A DNA stretch of 60,249 nt, counting the filler, from Porpidia crustulata (lineage: Eukaryota), in assembly GCA_964255105.1 (NCBI GenBank). It is 4 parts of 4 records of this genome, joined end to end, with 100 filler letters (N's around TTAATTAATTAA, not from the genome) between each part and the next. Parts side by side here need not be neighbours in the genome. Positions count along the whole stretch, not along the records: positions 1 to 15,011 come from CAXUWE010000343.1; 3 more parts are not named here. One strand, given 5' to 3'. Under the pieces are notes generated by a model, which made no database searches, had not been told where the DNA came from, and saw only the letters and a list, made by a program, of their open reading frames with translations. The position numbers and the translations under genes were made by a program. Of the stretch, positions 1 through 12,570 are shown one piece after another (the first letter of the stretch is position 1; every line of letters begins with the position of its first letter).

Positions 1-345
1 GGAAGATGAGAGAAGGAAGACAGCGAAACGAAGTCGCTCGAGCGAGCCACGCATATTTCCATCCCCATACCATTCGTAGGGGGTTGCTTGGGGTTTGGGA
101 CGGATGGAAAACGCGCAAGGGGGAAACGGGAACGGAGGAGCCATAAAGACCCCGAAACGGATTTCGAAGTCCATAGCTCTTTACTCATCATTCAAAAGCT
201 TTCACATTTGTCATATTGATATATCATATACTTCGAATCCACAGCAAAATGTGCAATGTCAATCAGTTTCGTCGTATACTCTAGATACGATAGTCGGGAG
301 CGTGATGGATGTTTAGTAGCAAGTATGCAATTTCTTAAAGGATTC

Positions 346-373
346 GTAGTAGTAGTAGTAGTAGTAGTAGTAG
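346..373. repeat. (GTA)9 trinucleotide microsatellite
   Basis: Perfect gtagtagta run read directly from the sequence. Confidence 0.95.
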
Positions 374-1437
374 ATATAGATAAGATAAAATAAAAAGAAA
401 AGGAGGAGGAAGGAGAGGGAGAATGGGTAGGAGGCTGAAAGTAGAGCAAGGAGAGAAGCGAGATGGCAGCAAGATGAGACAGAGGTAGAAGATTGGAGTA
501 CAAGCATGCGGGAAATGGATCATCGCTACCATACATGCATTCATATCGAGCAAGTAGATCAGAGCCTAGATAAGGAAAGCAACGCAAATTGATTTTACGA
601 ACCCAAAAAGCGAAGAAACAAGAAGAAACAATAAACAATCTCACCTCTGATACAATAACCGAAGTACTGTTAGAAAATCGAGCTCGTCCAAGAGCGTTAG
701 AGCAGAACCTACTAAAAAAAAGGCGTCAAGAAGATCTTGGCGGGAACTCTGATGGATCGAAGCTTTCGGGGGGATATACGAGGAAACTACTTATATATAT
801 TTCCCGTCGTCATACTTCCGAGGCTAGTATATTTAACGCTGCTGGGTCTGTCGTGTGGTGGGGATGAACAGACAGGAGCGAAGACTGAGCCTAGTTCTAA
901 GAGAATTTGGATTGGTATATCGTAATTCCCTTTTCCTTTCTCGGAGATTTCTTTATGACCTTTGGGATTTGAAATTTTGGTTCCTAGTCAGATATCTTGA
1001 AGAACAAGCTTGCCATTTACACCGAGGACCACCGTAAGATTTACAACATTTCTTCAGGACGTCGCTCGCACCTGGACTTATGACAAGAAGCAGTCCGCCC
1101 TTCGATAATATAGACCGCTTTCAAATGCATTCCTATCGTTACACAGTACCTGGTTCGCTACATTGTACTATCCGATCGTAATCACAGCAGCCGAAGCTGT
1201 AGATAGGCTCACGGCAGAGCGGCAATATTCAAGGATTTTCTGCGAGGATCCAAGTGGATGTATCAATTCCAACGAGATAAGAATCCAAGACAGGTGATGC
1301 TTGGATCGAAAAGGTAGGATCAAAGCGGTCGCTGAAACTAGAGATTAGTGTGAGCAGACGGAAACTGAATCCAATACAACTCATGCGCTGCTCACTTACT
1401 TCTTGTCCCAGGAGGTTATTCTAACACCCAAAGAAAT

Positions 1438-2028
1438 CTACTCGGTGGCGACAGTGCTGTTCATACCGATCTTGAAATTCGATACGACTATGATGAAGCA
1501 TCTCCGCGGACCAACGTTGCTCACCCCTCCTAGTCCGATTGGCGTACAGAGCTGCGCGACACGCATAATCTCCCAAGCGATCAGATCCGGCTTGAAGACA
1601 TCGGTGACACCTTCGCGGATGCCCGCCACGGAGACATAACAGCCGCCGTACGACCAATTCAATTTGCCTTCAGCTTGTCTATACACTCGAAACGTATGCG
1701 CGCCGTCGCTTCTTCCAATATCGTCAGACAAGTGTTGGCAATCTTCTTTGACTAGTGGCAGAGCAAATGGGCGTCGGGGTTTCGAGCATAATACGGGCCA
1801 TTCTGGTTCGAGTTCCAAGTTCTTTGTGGAGGCTTCGGGAAGATTTATATTGGTGAGGCTGGGGTCGGATGCTTCGGAGATCTTAACAGATGAGATATCG
1901 CGCTCGACAGTAGTCATGGAGGACAGAGCGCCAGGTCCAATCTTTGGTTGTAATCCCTGTGTCAGAGTACAGAGAAGACACAGAATGACGGGCGCACATG
2001 AAGGCGAGAGGAAGGAACAGAACATCAT
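1438..2028 (-). CDS. Small secreted cysteine-containing protein of unknown function (effector-like), 196 aa
   Basis: Single ORF with a hydrophobic N-terminal signal (VILCLLCTLTQG), a low-complexity pro-region and a C-terminal Cys-spaced domain (VLC..EDCQHL..WSYGGC..QLC..LGG..VG..CF). Confidence 0.7.
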   Translation of the reverse strand: MMFCSFLSPSCAPVILCLLCTLTQGLQPKIGPGALSSMTTVERDISSVKISEASDPSLTNINLPEASTKNLELEPEWPVLCSKPRRPFALPLVKEDCQHLSDDIGRSDGAHTFRVYRQAEGKLNWSYGGCYVSVAGIREGVTDVFKPDLIAWEIMRVAQLCTPIGLGGVSNVGPRRCFIIVVSNFKIGMNSTVATE

Positions 2029-2125
2029 CTTCTATCTCGGATTTTAGACTGAATGTATGAACAAGGTATCGAGGAATGTAAAGTCGGGACATTTGCAAAG
2101 TGATATTGAGACAAACTCGTCCGAC

Positions 2126-2306
2126 CTTGCAGGGTTGCAAGAAAATCCCACGGCTCGTCGGAGATAGACCCTATCAAATCGGGTATTATTCGCATCTCCA
2201 TTTCATACCCTCTGGTAGACCCCCACTGAACTTGAAGGTCTGCAAGTAAATCCCATGGCTCATGGGAGATCGATTTTATCAAATCGGGCATTATTCGCGT
2301 CTCCAT
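2126..2306. repeat. Imperfect direct repeat: two ~76-bp copies with 105-bp period
   Basis: 2126-2201 (cttgcagggttgcaagaaaatcccacggctc...atcaaatcgggtattattcgcatctccat) aligns without gaps to 2231-2306 (cttgaaggtctgcaagtaaatcccatggctc...atcaaatcgggcattattcgcgtctccat). Confidence 0.85.
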
Positions 2307-3633
2307 CAAATGCCCTAGAAAAGCGCATATAGGTCTTTTCTTCCGATAGCGTCTCATCGCGAATCCTCGGAACAGCTGCGTCACAGGCTACCCATCCGTT
2401 TAGTCTGATGAAACACATTTTTGGAGGAGAGGTTCTAGTGTTGCAACCATGATAGCAGTCCTGTAGGCACGATCGACACAAAGCCAAGCTAGCATCCAGA
2501 GACTGCATAGCGGATAGAGGTGAAACAGGGTTTTTTGATTTCAGCCATAAGCTTGTACTGTCTATCTACTCGGTCCCATCAGGTTCGAGACGAATGGACC
2601 GGATTTTTCCGAGTGAGCCGTAAAGACTGCGTTGTCTACTCTATGCGTAGGCTGAGGTTCTGCAGGTAAGGCCATTGATATAGCAGATGCAATTCCAGGA
2701 GCGTATCGCCGCGCTTATATGAAGATCAAATGGACCGAGGTACAAAGATCTGCTAATCTGCGTGTCTGCGTAACAATAGCCGCGCTTGAAATATCGGAGC
2801 GGAGCACCAACGGAACAACTAGGCTCAAGTAATAACAATAACCCTAACCCTAGACTAGCTGTTCTGCTGAGGGGCGAGTGCCGTGAGCCTTCGAGGTATA
2901 ATCAATATTAGGTTCGATTCCTAATGGCGATGGTACAATGGTACTTGTCACCACTCACTTAGGGCTACATCTTACTACCTAGGTACCTAGTCCTTCTGGA
3001 CTTTGCCGCTCAGGAGCTAACCCAAAAAAGCTTGGCTGCTCTTGCCATGTCTAAGATCCCACCAGGAAACCTTACCTCTCTATAACTTTGGAAACTACTT
3101 AACACTTGAAGCGGGAGAGCTGATGCTGAAACTTCAATATGCACACTCGTGACAGGTTCGAAGTTTGGATGGGGGCCTAAATATAAGCTTGCCCTTCTTT
3201 CCCCGAATGACAGTATGAGAGAGGTGGGAGATACTGGGGGCCAGAGGTGGCCTTTCTCGCCTATTTTGCGAAAAGCTACCTATGCTGCGAATAGAAGAGG
3301 CCAGGTTTTGATGAACCTCGTCTCTCAAGGTTGAGGTCTGCATATCTGCTGCATGTCCTGCCCTTCAAGTCCCCCACCGTGCGTCGGATCCATGGCGAGG
3401 GGAATCTCAAACGTCTGTGGAGGACAGCAGGCTGAACTACAAGGCTTCCGGGGATCTCCCATATCTATATGAAAAGTACGTGCGCCCTCCCTCTTCCTTA
3501 TTCACCTCATCTCCTCGCCGTGTGTCTCCGTTGGAAATCACACTGATTCAGCGATAACGGCGTGAGCTTGGTCGAAATTTTTGCGAAAGGACGTCCTCTC
3601 AAACCATCCCGCGCCGTACGCCAACTCCCCATC

Positions 3634-4503
3634 ATGCGCCACTTTCACACACGACTCTCCTTTCTGCTTTCCCTCTTCCCGCTCCTGCACGCTCAAGAAT
3701 GCGATCCCGCCCAGCCCCTAGGCCCTTATTGCGACACCAGCCCTCCTGGCATCGAAATCAATCGCTTGATACACATGTGTGGTGAGGTCTTGAGCTCCTG
3801 CCCTGGCGGCTTCCCGGCCGCAACGTCCTGTGTGCAAGAATGGTGCAAGATCGGCTGTGTAGACGAGAACCACTGTTGTACTTCCTCCAACCCGCAGAGC
3901 TGCTTCCAAGTCTCCTCTTCCACACCCAAGTCCGGGTCGGGGACGGCGTCTAGTAGCGCAGGCTCTGGTAATGGAGGTACGCAGTCCTTGCCTGCCGGCG
4001 CCTCCATGTGCACCGTCGTCGTCAACATTATCCTCGCCTGCGAGTCCTCCACGTCTGGTTTCGCCAGCCTTCCTAGTACGCAGCAAGCGAGCTGCTTTTG
4101 CTTCAACGACGGTGGCCGTGGGAAATATAACGGGACCGTATGGGATGATGCCGCATCAACGTGCTACTCAGCGCTGGCCGCCGAGTCCTTCAGCCAGAGC
4201 GCGTTGAATGCCTACAGCACCAACGTGGTAGGTGCATGTACGCGGTTTGTGGACGCTGGAGTGCTCAGCAGTGCTGGTGTCAGCACCGGCGGGTCGGCTA
4301 CAGCTGTGGCGACGGAAAAGAGCTCGAGTCCAACCGCTAGTTCAAGTGGAATTGCATCACAGACGGCGGGAGCGCAGACGGGGACGAGCGCGACGGCCGG
4401 GTCTCCCACGCCGACGAAAAGTGCGGCTGAGATAGTCAATTATGATCTGGCTATATTGTTAACGGGCTTCGTGGCTGTTGCTCTCGCGTTCTGTGGACTC
4501 TAA
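3634..4503 (+). CDS. Putative GPI-anchored, Cys-rich cell-surface protein (~289 aa)
   Basis: ATG at 3634 gives a signal peptide (MRHFHTRLSFLLSLFPLLHA). Two Cys-rich blocks follow, then a Ser/Thr/Gly/Ala stalk and a C-terminal hydrophobic tail after KSAA (LAILLTGFVAVALAFCGL). Intronless. Confidence 0.85.
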   Translation: MRHFHTRLSFLLSLFPLLHAQECDPAQPLGPYCDTSPPGIEINRLIHMCGEVLSSCPGGFPAATSCVQEWCKIGCVDENHCCTSSNPQSCFQVSSSTPKSGSGTASSSAGSGNGGTQSLPAGASMCTVVVNIILACESSTSGFASLPSTQQASCFCFNDGGRGKYNGTVWDDAASTCYSALAAESFSQSALNAYSTNVVGACTRFVDAGVLSSAGVSTGGSATAVATEKSSSPTASSSGIASQTAGAQTGTSATAGSPTPTKSAAEIVNYDLAILLTGFVAVALAFCGL

Positions 4504-5156
4504 TGCCACTACTTGTCGATACCTATGACTACGGGGACCGCTCTGGCCGAGAATCTCCGCCTAGAGCTCCGGCCGGATGACTTATCGTTAAGTATGACTG
4601 GTTAAGAATATAGAATCCCGTCTCACAAAAAGCCTTGTACGCATTCTCTCATCGGGCAAGTTTCTTCTATGACGGACATGACCACGGATCTTGAGTATGA
4701 GCTGTGTGCAATTCCTTCGTAATTCAGCTCATTGTCACTATATTATCCATGTATTTTCGCGGAGGTACTTCGTCACACGCATCTTTACCGCTTCGTCCCA
4801 TCCCCAAGCATCTATGATTGGCTTACGATGGATTCGAAGCATTGGCAGATGGCTAAGGTTCTTGAACATTGGGTTACCTCCAGACTTGGGTGGTTGGATA
4901 CTTACGATACATATCTTGCGGCTATATCGAACAGACCAGCAGTCTAGCCCGACTGTATAAAATTGAATCTCAATTGGCTCTAACATGCTCAGCATTCAGT
5001 TGAAAAGGCTACGTGCTCGTAACACATTCAGAGCGAGATTTAGCGACAATCACAAGTAATATATATTGTCTTACTTATCTCATGGTCGTGGAGGGCTTTC
5101 CTACGTAGGTAGCGCGCGATTGGAAAGGGATGGAAAGCAGCAAAGAAACCCAAATA

Positions 5157-5474
5157 CTCGTGTTTACCCCTCAAAAGGACACACCCCCCAAAAGGACAGG
5201 CTAAGCCTTAGGGTTAGGGCTATGGGGATTAATCTAGTTTTTGCACTGAGAAATTGGCAAATTGTCAACGCTCTACTGCCCATCCATCCACACTCACCTA
5301 TGAAATTGCTAGCAAACATGGAATCATTGCAATCTATCGCTCGAGAACTTCTCAAGCTCGATTTTGATCCTCAAGGGAAGCTATATCTTCACAACCCTAA
5401 CCCTAGGGATTAGCCTGTCCTTTTGGGGGGTATGTCCTTTTGAGGGGTATGTCCTTTTGAGGGGTAAGTACGAG
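5157..5474. mobile_element. MITE (non-autonomous Tc1/mariner-type DNA transposon), 318 bp
   Basis: Terminal inverted repeats: left CTCGTGTTTACCCCTCAAAAGGACA..., reverse complement of right end CTCGTACTTACCCCTCAAAAGGACA.... TA on both sides (5155-5156, 5475-5476) fits a target-site duplication. No transposase ORF inside. Confidence 0.85.
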
Positions 5475-6254
5475 TATACACAATCAACAGAACATACGAG
5501 CACAGAAAGAAGATTTCGTTAGCTTCAGGCCACCAAGAGCGATACAGAGATATCCAATTATTGTGATGAACGGCTGAATAAGAAGCGACATATCGTATTC
5601 GGCTATGCTCAGGTACACCGTCAGCTGCCTTTACCTGCAGTATCCTCGGCCAGGTACTACCTCTTGTTCTTAGTGCGGCTTGCGCGCCGTATCCTGCTAC
5701 TCTTCTCATTGGTTGTTGTGCGCGGAAAACATCTTCACCGATCTCCGCACTGAAGAAATCGAAGCCAAGAAAAACTTCGTCTATACCTCAAGATGGAACG
5801 TAAGCCCGGCGCTTGAGAACTCCAAAGTGCACCACAGCAATGCTCGAGCGATGTAAATCGCGACGTCCCGCATGGAAGGGTGGGACAAGATACGGCCAGC
5901 TTCTAGTAGTCTTTCTCTTGAATCTAGTCTCTTTGATTCTGTTGCATATATGTTCTCTCCGACGGCCCGCATCTCTTGACGTCTTTCGGGTTATCCGAGT
6001 CCTTCAAATGAAAAGGTGCTGAAAGCTCCTTTGATCAATGCATTGCTATTCATTCTACTACGTACTGATGCTGATGCGATTTATTTTGGTTAGTCTGCAT
6101 CCCAAAGTGCCACTCTTGGTGTGATTTTGGACGCGCAATCTGTGATTCTTATACTCCAGACCAATTGATCAAGATCTGGGCTTACCTCGCGATTGATCTA
6201 ATCAGCCAGCTGTCACTCTTTCGAGCTCGATTAATTTCACAGCCACACACACAA

Positions 6255-8836
6255 ATGTCTCTTCAAGTACGAATGCTCAATTTTCCTATATTATTCCCTA
6301 TGGCCAACCCCAAGCATGCGACATATACGGACCCGACTGTCAGACGGGTTCGATCACCGTTGGGGTGGACTTGACTACTGCGAATACAACGACTACTCTC
6401 GCCTGCTCCGACTATCTCACAGCTCAGTCATCATTCATTATGAAAGACATACATTATCCCGAAGACTGGCACCCATTTTATCCCCTAGAATGGCAAAGAG
6501 GGTTTGGCCATAGTCTAGAGTGCACGTCTTATGCTCAAGTTTGGCAAAAAGGAGGGCAATATACATTTTCGAATTGTGGAAGCAGGAACACTGTCATCCA
6601 GGCCGCGGCACGCTCCAATTTAGGTGGCTTACCGTCGCAGGTCCCTCCAGGCGTTCTGCGCGATTGGCAAGACCAGTACTACGTGTGTTGCGGAAATTGT
6701 TCGTTGCATGTGTCAGAAGTTCGACTCTACTATTTTCCCGAAAGCTCCACCCCAACATGTGCGAACCAGACACAGAATTCTACCGCTACTGTGTCAACAG
6801 GTCCTATCAGTAAACAAGTCCATCCCCTTGCTCCTAGTGGAAGCATTGCAATCCTCAGCGGACACACATTGTAAGTGTAATGTCCGTAACATCAACAATA
6901 CGTGCAAGCTAACACCAACCGCAGTACATCTCCGTCATATTATATTGAGGTTGTCGGAACAGCAGCCGTTACCGATCTGTGTGGCCCAGTTGGTGCAACT
7001 TACACCAATCCAATCATCGCTGTTCCACCTGATCAATTATCGACATATGAAAATCCTGTTTACTACCCAGTTGGATCCGAGTACAGGGACATAAATGGGG
7101 TATTCGGCGGTGGTTTTCTTGGAGCTGTCAAGCCCCTTCATGTTGCAGATCTGGCATGTCCTACCTGGGGATTGGGTAGAAGCACTAATAAGGATGGTAC
7201 TGTGCATACCACTGTGGGGCCTCCATGGCTGCCACTTATCGTGCCACCTCGAGAAATCCTAGCACTTGACCCAGATTGGAACACACTTTGTGCCGACTAC
7301 TTGTCTTATCTACCAGGGATGACCAGCTTCGCAATCTTTGATCCACCACGTGCGTTGAGCCCCGTGTCAGACATGGGCCCAAGTTCAACTCAACTCCCGG
7401 TGAGCGCTTCTGCAAATCCAACGACAATCATAGATCCGCCAGGCCAAGCATCGGGTGATCCGCCCCTACCAGCCAAGTCACCATCTATGAGCATTCCAGA
7501 CCCAACTACGAATCATGATCCTCCAAACCCTACCATACCGACTGTGAAGTCTGATCCGGAACCATCTGGTGATTCTGGAGTTCCCACAATCGACTCCAAA
7601 GCCGCTGCTCCTCCGCAGCCTACCGCTCCTCCTGGTCCCGGTCCTTCTCCGGATCCCTCAACTCCCTCTGATCCCTCGGCCCCTCCTGCCAAGCTGGAGA
7701 GTACTCAAAGTCTTGGCGCAATAATTCTCAGTGGGTTTGGAGGCAATCCCCCAGGACCTGGTGCAAATGGTGGGAAAATTGTTGAAATCTCTACACCGAC
7801 TATGGGCGTTCATGAAATCACTATCGATGATGGGCAGGTGCTATCTGTCGGCACATTTGGTGCAGCTCTAGATGGAACTACGTATTCAGCCGGCGGTCCT
7901 GCCATGAGTATTTCTGGCCTGGTGTACACTGTAGTTCCTACAGCTGAGACCGGACTCAACACTGCTCCTTCCCTCCCCAATATTATGAATATAGCCGGTG
8001 AATTTGTGACCCTAAATCCATCAGGAATGGTTATTGGAGGATCCAGTCTCTCTCCAGGAGGACCTGGTGTCGAAATCTCGAAGACTCCGATTAGTCTAGA
8101 CCCGTCCGGCAATGTTTTCGTGGACGGAAAACCCTTTCAGAACCAAATAGCTCCGAATGTGTTCACCCTTGGAAGCAAAGCTGTCACCGCCGATCCCGCA
8201 GGCTTCTACATTGACGGCAAATTCGTCTCTCCCGGTGGGTCAGGACAAACCGTTGATGGCACAGTGGTGAGCCTAGGAAAATCAGGAATTCTACGTATAG
8301 GCAGTCAAACCTTGAGTCTCCCGGATCCACAGTACACGGGACCCGGCGGCAATATCTTTACAATTGGTGCGCAGATATTCACAGCGAATCCCACTGCATT
8401 CTCGATTGATGGTACCACAATCTCAGCCGGCGGTCCTGCCTTAACAATCGACGGGACGATTGTTAGCCTTGAACCATCTGGCATATTAGACGTGGGGACA
8501 GGCAGGATTCATCTGCCGGCAACTCCCACGGCGTTTTCGTCCGTTTTCACCGTGGCAGGGTTGACCGTTCAGGCCGAAGCTTCAGCCGTCTTGGCGAATG
8601 GGGTTCCGCTCCAGCCTGGAGATCAGGGCACTACCGTCAACGGACATAGTGTCAGTCTGGAGCAAGGCAAGACTTTGGACGTCGATAGTGGCCGTTTTCC
8701 GGTACCGACGGGGTCGGAGAATGGAACGGCGTCCGTCCAGGCTTTCAAAGGGGCTCAGATAAGGAGGTTCGATCTGCCATGGTGGTTATGTGGGATAGCC
8801 ACGTCACTGTCCGCGATTTCGATTTCATTCTGGTAA
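6255..8836 (+). CDS. Large cell-surface protein: Cys-containing N-domain, Pro-rich linker, repeated Gly/Thr beta-rich modules, hydrophobic C-tail
   Basis: ORFs 6365-6874 and 6902-8836 are joined by intron 6871-6924 (GTAAGT..GCTAAC..CAG), giving SGHTF-TSPSYY. Repeats of the type FTxGxQxxTAxPxxFxIDGxxxSxGGxxxTxDGTxVSLxxSG. The start is uncertain: ATG 6255 needs a putative intron 6267-6343 with a weak branch site. Confidence 0.75.
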
Positions 8837-9908
8837 AATTTGTTGCTCTATTGTAACGCTCTGTTTCTCGCCGGTGTCATCGAATGGAGTCCCGCCCGCA
8901 ACAGAATTAGCCTTTGATAAATTACTGGGAAAGGTGCGCTAACAAACCGTCAAATGAGCATTGAGAAGTTATAGAGGACGGCTGCCAGAGCTAGCGGGAC
9001 GTCACCACTTTAGGTGTGTCTACGAGTAGTCCGTTTACAGTCCTCTCGGCAGGATCCGCCGCGAACTCCAGGACACCATTTTTTGTCCAACTTTCCATAC
9101 CACATGGATATGTTGCCACCCTCGGCCTAGCCATACCTAGGGATCCTGACTTCAAACTGAGGCATGTGTCCTCGGCCATAGTCTGCGTATATGCAGGCTC
9201 ATTGCTTTCTCCAATAAAGAAAAACGTGCCATATCCGGTGAGCCTCCGGATCGCCGCTTTCCATTACATTTGACCGTCATCTTCCGTCTCACTTCCTCTC
9301 TTCTTTATCGCCGTTCTGATTTCACCGTTCATCTTCTATCAGCATGATGGTAGTCTTTTAATATGCACGAAGCGTGTCTTAAGGTAGATAATTACTGGGT
9401 CTTTACACACAGTGATGAATGAGTCGGACTTTGATATTACTCGCCAAATAGGATCTCCATTCTCTAAATTCGTTGCGACAAAATTGCCGTCTCAACATTT
9501 CTGTATGCAATCTTACTTAATTAAGATGAATCTGAGTGGATTTAAAAAAAACTCCAGATACAAACTCCTGATTTCGAACTTGCCTTAACTTCTGGAGTTG
9601 AGCAAAGTCGACTAATGTGAGACGGCATCGATATGACAAAGCGACGGTTACGAGTGCTTTGATGCACTGTACATTCGCACAGAAATCTTGTCATCAGGAC
9701 ATCCTGCGTCTAGATAATTCACTTATCCGCAATTGGACCACGGACCTTTTTGAAGCCCATAACCCTCGATGGCGCTTTCGGCGAACGTCATAAGCCGTAG
9801 CATACTTCCAATTACTTGGTGTTTTACGTTGGCAAGCTACTACATTCTAATCAGCTTAAGGGCAATAATGGTGCTGATTCGAAGACTCTTAGCAGATGCC
9901 GTCATTCT

Positions 9909-12105
9909 ATGATTTTCAAGATTGGTATTAAGATACGGAACTTAGTGAGCTGCCTTGTTGATAATAGGAAAGGCCGCTGACGACAGACGTAGTACAAACT
10001 GATATGCGATCAGTTAAAGATATCGATCAACAAACGGCGTGGCTCTTACGAAAACCCCAAAGTCGCTATCCATTTAAACCAATGGACAGCTGCTACACGT
10101 TGCCTCATCCACATTCTTCCTATTAGAACGACCACTAGAATGCTACAACTAAGCTTTCGCACGGTATATTAACAATATTTAGGAGGTCCCAGTCAGAACG
10201 TCAACCTTAGCGTACTTCAATTCGTCGCAAAGTTCCACGAAATTTACATCATCAGTTCGCTTTCTAAGATAGTTCTACATCGTATCCGGTTTGAACTGAA
10301 CAATGGCGAGGGCATTCCGTTTGGACTTCTGAGTTCAGGGTTTCATGTATCGTCGCTGACCTGCTTATGGAGTTGGGAATTCTGGTCCGGCATAGTCAAT
10401 GAAGATCTTCGTCAAAGCTATTCTCGGCGCTTTTCGTTGCTATTCCTCACTATATTGGCCTCCATCCTAGCGGCTATGTCGGGTCCATCTTCTGCCGTCG
10501 CAATATTACCAAGACTGGATTGGTGGGACGCATCTTATCCCCCATTGGATTCAATAAATACATTTATTGCGAACTCAACGCACAATCTCTGGCCTACAGA
10601 TGTTACAGCTGATCCTCTTCCCAAAGACTGTTTCTTACGAAATACCTCACAAACGACATACTGTCCCTCTGGTGGTTGGCTAACCATGACGGAATGGGAT
10701 AGCTCCACATGGAGGTTGAAACCAAACATATCAATGCCTATTCCAGGTTCAAGTAAGATCCGTTACTTAGCAGAATCTTCGGATATGAGTACAGACACTA
10801 GCCTAAGACAGTATCCGGGAGCTGGCCACGGAGCTATTTACGATCGTGCAGGATATGCCTTGGCGTCCTCCACAAGTCAGTTGATTGCCAAAGCTATTAG
10901 CTGTGCATATGAGGAAGAAATCTATAGCAACAGCCCTTCAGGAATCGGTAAGCCTATCATTTCGATGGCTAAGAGCGATCAAAGTAGTCTACTGAAACCT
11001 TTTGTTGCTGTTGAATGCACATCGTACCCCATTGGTTCGCGCAACATGACGTTTCCACACAGATATCTGCTAACACCTCCAATGAATGCCTATCTAGGAG
11101 AAATTTGGGCGGTCCCTGAGACGACTTGGATCGACTTTGTGGGTCCAACCAAGGCCTCAAAGGCTTCATGGGTGGACATGTCATCTTTTGAGAAAGGACC
11201 ATCTGGTGGGATTGTTATAGTTGACAATAATTGGTTTGGGTCTCCCAAGATCGTGGCTTGTACTATCGATGCAAGATGGCTCCCCGTGAAAGTGTGGATC
11301 GACCCTAGTAATGACAATGCCATCCACGAGGATCGTGATGATCTCCTGGATCAGCCACCCTTTCGTCGACCTCCGCCTAGATCCGAAGGTCAGCAGATTT
11401 TCCTACATCAAGGGTGGCTTGATGTTCTGTCTGTACCACATGGTGAGAGCAACTTCTCTGCTTTCGAGATGCTCCTTGCAGATCAGCTCAGCAAATTGCA
11501 ACGGTTGATATCTCGACGTGGTATCTCTGCTCCTTGCTCTATACCTTGCCGGCGGTCTCGCTCGTCTCAACTCAGACTTAGCAATATACAATGTTCGCAA
11601 TCTCGGTACAAATTATGTTTGGTCCACAATAGCGTGATACCACGGCCAGCCTGGAGTTGCACCGAAGCCCAGCTTTTTTGCATCAGGATTGACAAGACTG
11701 AATTACAGTGCACTTCGATATGGTTTTGGCTGGGGCCTTATTGGTATCCCAATTAAACTCGCCACGACAGTTCTTTGCTCAATCATCCTCTTGTCTCTTG
11801 TCCATATTGCCACTATCCTCGGTGGTCGAGGGTGGACATCAAGCATGCTCAAGACAATAAATGAAACCATAGGAGTGGCCATGAACTCGACGCCGACGGA
11901 AAAGTTAATGAATACCTGTGCTGGAATTAATCAATTAAGTACGTGGAAAAAAATTGTCAGGATACGAGAGACCAATGGAACGCACTTGGAACTTGTGTTC
12001 GAAGATGGGAGTGATGAAGAAGAAATTGGTAAGAAACCAGTACCTGGCAAAGATTACGGCTCGTTAGTGAATCTCAGAAGGAGCAGTCAGTCTAGTCACC
12101 CTTGA
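9909..12105 (+). pseudogene. Disrupted gene of a fungal multi-pass membrane protein family of unknown function
   Basis: Protein-like frame ENPKVAI..RCLIHILP..LQFVAKFHE..GPSSAVAILPRLDWW..RYGFGWG is broken by TAA at 10170-10172 and by frame changes near ~11490 (continuing as VSLLLALYLAGGLAR) and ~11660-11690. Putative intron 9945-9992. Confidence 0.7.
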
Positions 12106-12570
12106 TTGGTGAGATCATTGCAATTGGGGGATGCCAAATTTGCCTCGACAGCATTGGGTTTATCCATAAGTTGCATTGTGAGATTGGTTCCTTGGAATAG
12201 TTTGTAAACAACGCTATCTCATTTCCAAACCCTACTGAAATCAATTCCTCCAACGGGCTCAAAAGGAGGGAAAATGTCATTATAGCAAAATCAAACGGAT
12301 AGGTCTTGTACAACACGGCTACAAAAGGCCGCTCAAGTCGATGTCGCCTCCTACTTCGAATATTCCCTTATACCTTCAAAAGTCTAGGCTTTGCATAATA
12401 AACTGTCAGAGACCAGGATGCGGCTTGTAACGTTCACCAAGCGCATCAAGCAGAACACTATCACACAAACATTCGGCCAAGTCTTGCGTCCTCGCACTGC
12501 GTCTCTAATGACTCATATCCTGGACCTGTAGCGTTGTCAGGATGATTACTCCAATAAGAGCAATCCACTG

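Noticed and set aside
192..644. 150-aa ORF with poly-Thr and overlapping poly-Tyr/poly-Leu ORFs
   Set aside because: Produced by the (GTA)n microsatellite and a purine-rich tract; no protein-like content.
2841..2853. CCCTAACCCTA telomere-like sequence
   Set aside because: Under two full units, internal to the contig; not a telomere.
5066..5709. Opposing ORFs sharing the peptide YPSKGHTPQKD
   Set aside because: Translation of the two inverted repeats of the MITE.
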